The notes beneath the pieces were generated by a model that saw only the letters and a list, made by a program, of their open reading frames with translations, was not told where the DNA came from and did not search any database. Source: Bacillus subtilis subsp. subtilis str. 168 (GTDB lineage Bacteria; Bacillota; Bacilli; Bacillales; Bacillaceae). Taken from it: a DNA stretch of 32,000 nt. Every line of letters starts with the position of its first letter. Within the stretch, counting starts at the first letter, position 1. The translations under genes and the position numbers were made by a program. The DNA lies in contig NC_000964.3 of assembly GCF_000009045.1 (NCBI RefSeq), forward strand, positions 2,070,001-2,102,000, given 5' to 3'. This document shows, piece by piece, positions 29,446-32,000 of the stretch.

Positions 29446-29790
29446 TCAGCTGCACAAATGCTTTGTCAGCACCGCCTGAACCTCGCTTAAATCGGTGTCT
29501 TTCGCAAATTCTAATTCGAAAGTTTTGCTTCTTGTCATCAATAAAAGCCCAGTGTCCGGATCAAACATTCCCGCTTCTTGGATGGCAAAGCTTTCAATTG
29601 TTTTATATGGAAGAAATACACGAACCTTCTTTTTAGAAAACATTTTATTGTCAAAGAAAATGATCCGCTTATTTGTAAAGCAAATTTGGTCCACTCGGAG
29701 CTTATAAATCGATTCAATTCTTTCCCCTTCAACGAGCAAAGCCTCAAGCTTCTTTGCGTCCGTTGATCTGCTAACAGAAAAAATACCCAA
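29446..29790 (-). CDS. yozO: YozO, bacterial PH-domain (DUF1696-type) protein
   Basis: 114 aa from a TTG start with RBS AAAGAGGGG; VDQICFTNKRIIFFDNKMFSKKKVRVFLPYKTIESFAIQEAG. Confidence 0.88.
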   Translation of the reverse strand: MGIFSVSRSTDAKKLEALLVEGERIESIYKLRVDQICFTNKRIIFFDNKMFSKKKVRVFLPYKTIESFAIQEAGMFDPDTGLLLMTRSKTFELEFAKDTDLSEVQAVLTKHLCS

Positions 29791-30077
29791 TGAAGAACCC
29801 CTCTTTCTGCATTTATCTATTTGTTTTATCATTCACTACATAAAAATAAGTCCTTTATCCCTATATAAGAATACGACATAGAAGACATTTAAACCATTAC
29901 GAACAGATTACATTTTTCAAATTTTTGATTTGTTTTTTGGCTTTTAAGCTGTTGTCATCAAGTAATACGCACATATAGAGAAAAAAGTTTCAATATTCAG
30001 CAATGTTTTTATAAAAAAGTGGTTTTTAATGATTTTTTTAATTTTGTTTTATATTTCCTGTTTTAACCACAAAAAAA

Positions 30078-30098
30078 CCGCAGCTGAGCTGCGGTTTT
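30078..30098 (-). terminator. Intrinsic terminator of yozC
   Basis: CCGCAGC-TGA-GCTGCGG perfect hairpin, minus-strand T7 tract. Confidence 0.85.
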
Positions 30099-30146
30099 AT
30101 GTATCGACTGCTTTTAACAAAATCTGTTTGATGCTTCAAGGAAGCA

Positions 30147-30350
30147 TTACATCTCTTCGAAGTATTCTTTATAATAGCCGCCGACTTTATTCGTATTGTC
30201 GACCACAAAGAGAAACTCCTCTGTTTCATTTTTTACTTCATATTCTTTTCCCGGCGTTAAAACGCGGTTTACGATATATTTTTTTGCGTTTGTCTGCACA
30301 CACTTTACTTTTTTAATGGTTTCTTTTTCAAGCCAATTTTTATGAATCAT
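30147..30350 (-). CDS. yozC: YozC, small uncharacterised protein
   Basis: 67-aa ORF MIHKNWLEKETIKKVKCVQTNAKKYIV...; terminator just downstream. Confidence 0.85.
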   Translation of the reverse strand: MIHKNWLEKETIKKVKCVQTNAKKYIVNRVLTPGKEYEVKNETEEFLFVVDNTNKVGGYYKEYFEEM

Positions 30351-30579
30351 GATGAAATCTCCTTTTCTTATCTATAAGCTTATTGTAGCTTTTTTCTTTT
30401 GTAAATTGCAATATCGGTTATTCATTGATTTTGCCTTGATTTCTATTATAGAATGTTTGTATACGCTTACGTTTGAAGCAACTATCACAGCTTATTTCTG
30501 CTATTCAATCCAGGAATCAATGTGCTATCACCAAGAATCTCAGAACAGACCATAAAAAATGACTGGAGGTTTGTTACGG

Positions 30580-32000
30580 ATGAGTTCTTTAACGATGCAA
30601 GTGACGAAAAGGCTGGAGACATTTTTACAGGGAACAAAGAAGCTTTATATTGACGGAAAGTTTGTTCCGAGTGCCTCAGGGGCAACCTTTGACACTCCAA
30701 ACCCGGCGACCGGCGAAACCTTGATGACGCTGTATGAAGCCCAGGCTGCGGATGTGGACAAAGCTGTTAAAGCTGCCCGGAAAGCCTTTGACCAAGGTGA
30801 ATGGAGAACAATGTCTCCAGCTTCGAGAAGCAGACTGATGTATAAGCTGGCAGACTTAATGGAAGAGCATAAAACTGAGCTTGCTCAGCTTGAAACACTT
30901 GATAATGGGAAACCGATCAATGAAACGACTAATGGAGATATTCCGCTGGCTATTGAGCATATGCGCTATTACGCCGGCTGGTGTACAAAAATAACAGGAC
31001 AGACGATTCCGGTTTCCGGCGCTTATTTTAATTATACGCGTCATGAGCCTGTCGGTGTCGTCGGCCAGATCATTCCATGGAATTTCCCGCTCCTGATGGC
31101 GATGTGGAAAATGGGCGCGGCACTTGCAACAGGCTGTACAATCGTCCTCAAACCGGCTGAACAAACACCGCTTTCAGCTCTTTATTTGGCAGAATTAATT
31201 GACCAAGCCGGTTTCCCTGCCGGTGTAATCAACATCATCCCAGGATTCGGTGAAGATGCGGGAGAAGCGCTGACGAACCACGAAGCGGTTGATAAAATTG
31301 CCTTTACCGGTTCCACTGAAATCGGAAAGAAAATCATGTCCACCGCAGCGAAAAGCATTAAGCGTGTGACATTGGAGCTGGGCGGAAAATCGCCTAATAT
31401 TCTTCTGCCGGATGCGAATTTAAAAAAAGCCATCCCGGGCGCTTTAAACGGTGTGATGTTTAACCAGGGCCAAGTCTGCTGTGCGGGCTCACGTGTCTTC
31501 ATTCATAAAGACCAATATGATGAAGTTGTTGATGAAATGGCATCCTATGCTGAGTCACTCCGCCAAGGAGCGGGACTTCATAAAGATACTCAAATCGGGC
31601 CTCTCGTAAGCAAGGAACAGCATGAGCGCGTTCTTTCCTATATTCAAAAAGGAAAAGATGAAGGAGCAAAAGCAGTGACCGGCGGAAGCTGTCCTTTTGA
31701 AGCAGGATATTTTGTCGCACCGACTGTGTTTGCGAATGTTGAAGACGAAATGACCATCGCAAAAGAAGAAATTTTCGGACCCGTGCTGACTGCAATTCCG
31801 TACGAAACAGTCGATGAAGTTATTGAACGGGCAAACCATTCAGAATATGGGCTTGCAGCCGGACTATGGACAGAGAACGTCAAGCAGGCTCACTATATCG
31901 CGGACCGACTTCAAGCCGGAACCGTTTGGGTCAACTGCTATAATGTGTTTGACGCGGCGTCTCCATTTGGCGGTTATAAACAGTCAGGACTCGGACGAGA
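30580..32000 (+). CDS. dhaS: NAD(P)-dependent aldehyde dehydrogenase (5' part, truncated by the window edge)
   Basis: Read directly: MSSLTMQVTKRLETFLQGTKKLYIDGKF...VGQIIPWNFP...LELGGKSPN...MFNQGQVCCAGSRVF. RBS TGGAGG. Missing from the ORF track because no stop lies in the window. Confidence 0.96.
   Translation, partial: MSSLTMQVTKRLETFLQGTKKLYIDGKFVPSASGATFDTPNPATGETLMTLYEAQAADVDKAVKAARKAFDQGEWRTMSPASRSRLMYKLADLMEEHKTELAQLETLDNGKPINETTNGDIPLAIEHMRYYAGWCTKITGQTIPVSGAYFNYTRHEPVGVVGQIIPWNFPLLMAMWKMGAALATGCTIVLKPAEQTPLSALYLAELIDQAGFPAGVINIIPGFGEDAGEALTNHEAVDKIAFTGSTEIGKKIMSTAAKSIKRVTLELGGKSPNILLPDANLKKAIPGALNGVMFNQGQVCCAGSRVFIHKDQYDEVVDEMASYAESLRQGAGLHKDTQIGPLVSKEQHERVLSYIQKGKDEGAKAVTGGSCPFEAGYFVAPTVFANVEDEMTIAKEEIFGPVLTAIPYETVDEVIERANHSEYGLAAGLWTENVKQAHYIADRLQAGTVWVNCYNVFDAASPFGGYKQSGLGR

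Noticed and set aside
30856-31883. Several minus-strand ORFs (102, 106, 98, 94, 79 aa)
   Set aside because: All are antisense to dhaS, whose + strand frame is a continuous aldehyde dehydrogenase not listed in the track because it runs off the edge.

Overview
The window is almost certainly Bacillus subtilis 168-type chromosome. It runs from the edge of a prophage-like remnant (yobJ, yobK, yobL, yobM, yobN, yobO) through csaA, the yobQ-yobW regulator-rich block, czrA, yocA-yocD, des-desK-desR, yocH, recQ, azoR1, yocK-yocN and yozO/yozC, into the 5' part of dhaS, which is cut off at the right edge. Gene symbols come from recalled B. subtilis gene order and protein sequences, not from a search. 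The region most like accessory biology is the LXG polymorphic toxin/SUKH immunity pair (yobL-yobK) with a second SUKH-like gene (yobM), followed by an isolated phage-appendage-like protein (yobO). Two non-coding RNAs are supported by promoter, structure and terminator: an RnaC/S1022-like RNA in the yobO-csaA gap and the 6S-2 RNA (bsrB) in the recQ-azoR1 gap. I also found a DesR-type palindrome upstream of des, a perfect WalR box upstream of yocH, a cluster of three GerPA/GerPF-like small genes around yocM, and the tail of what may be a type I toxin-antitoxin locus at the left edge. I see no CRISPR array, transposase, rRNA or tRNA. Nothing here convincingly looks like a wholly undescribed multigene system; the under-characterised items are listed as findings.
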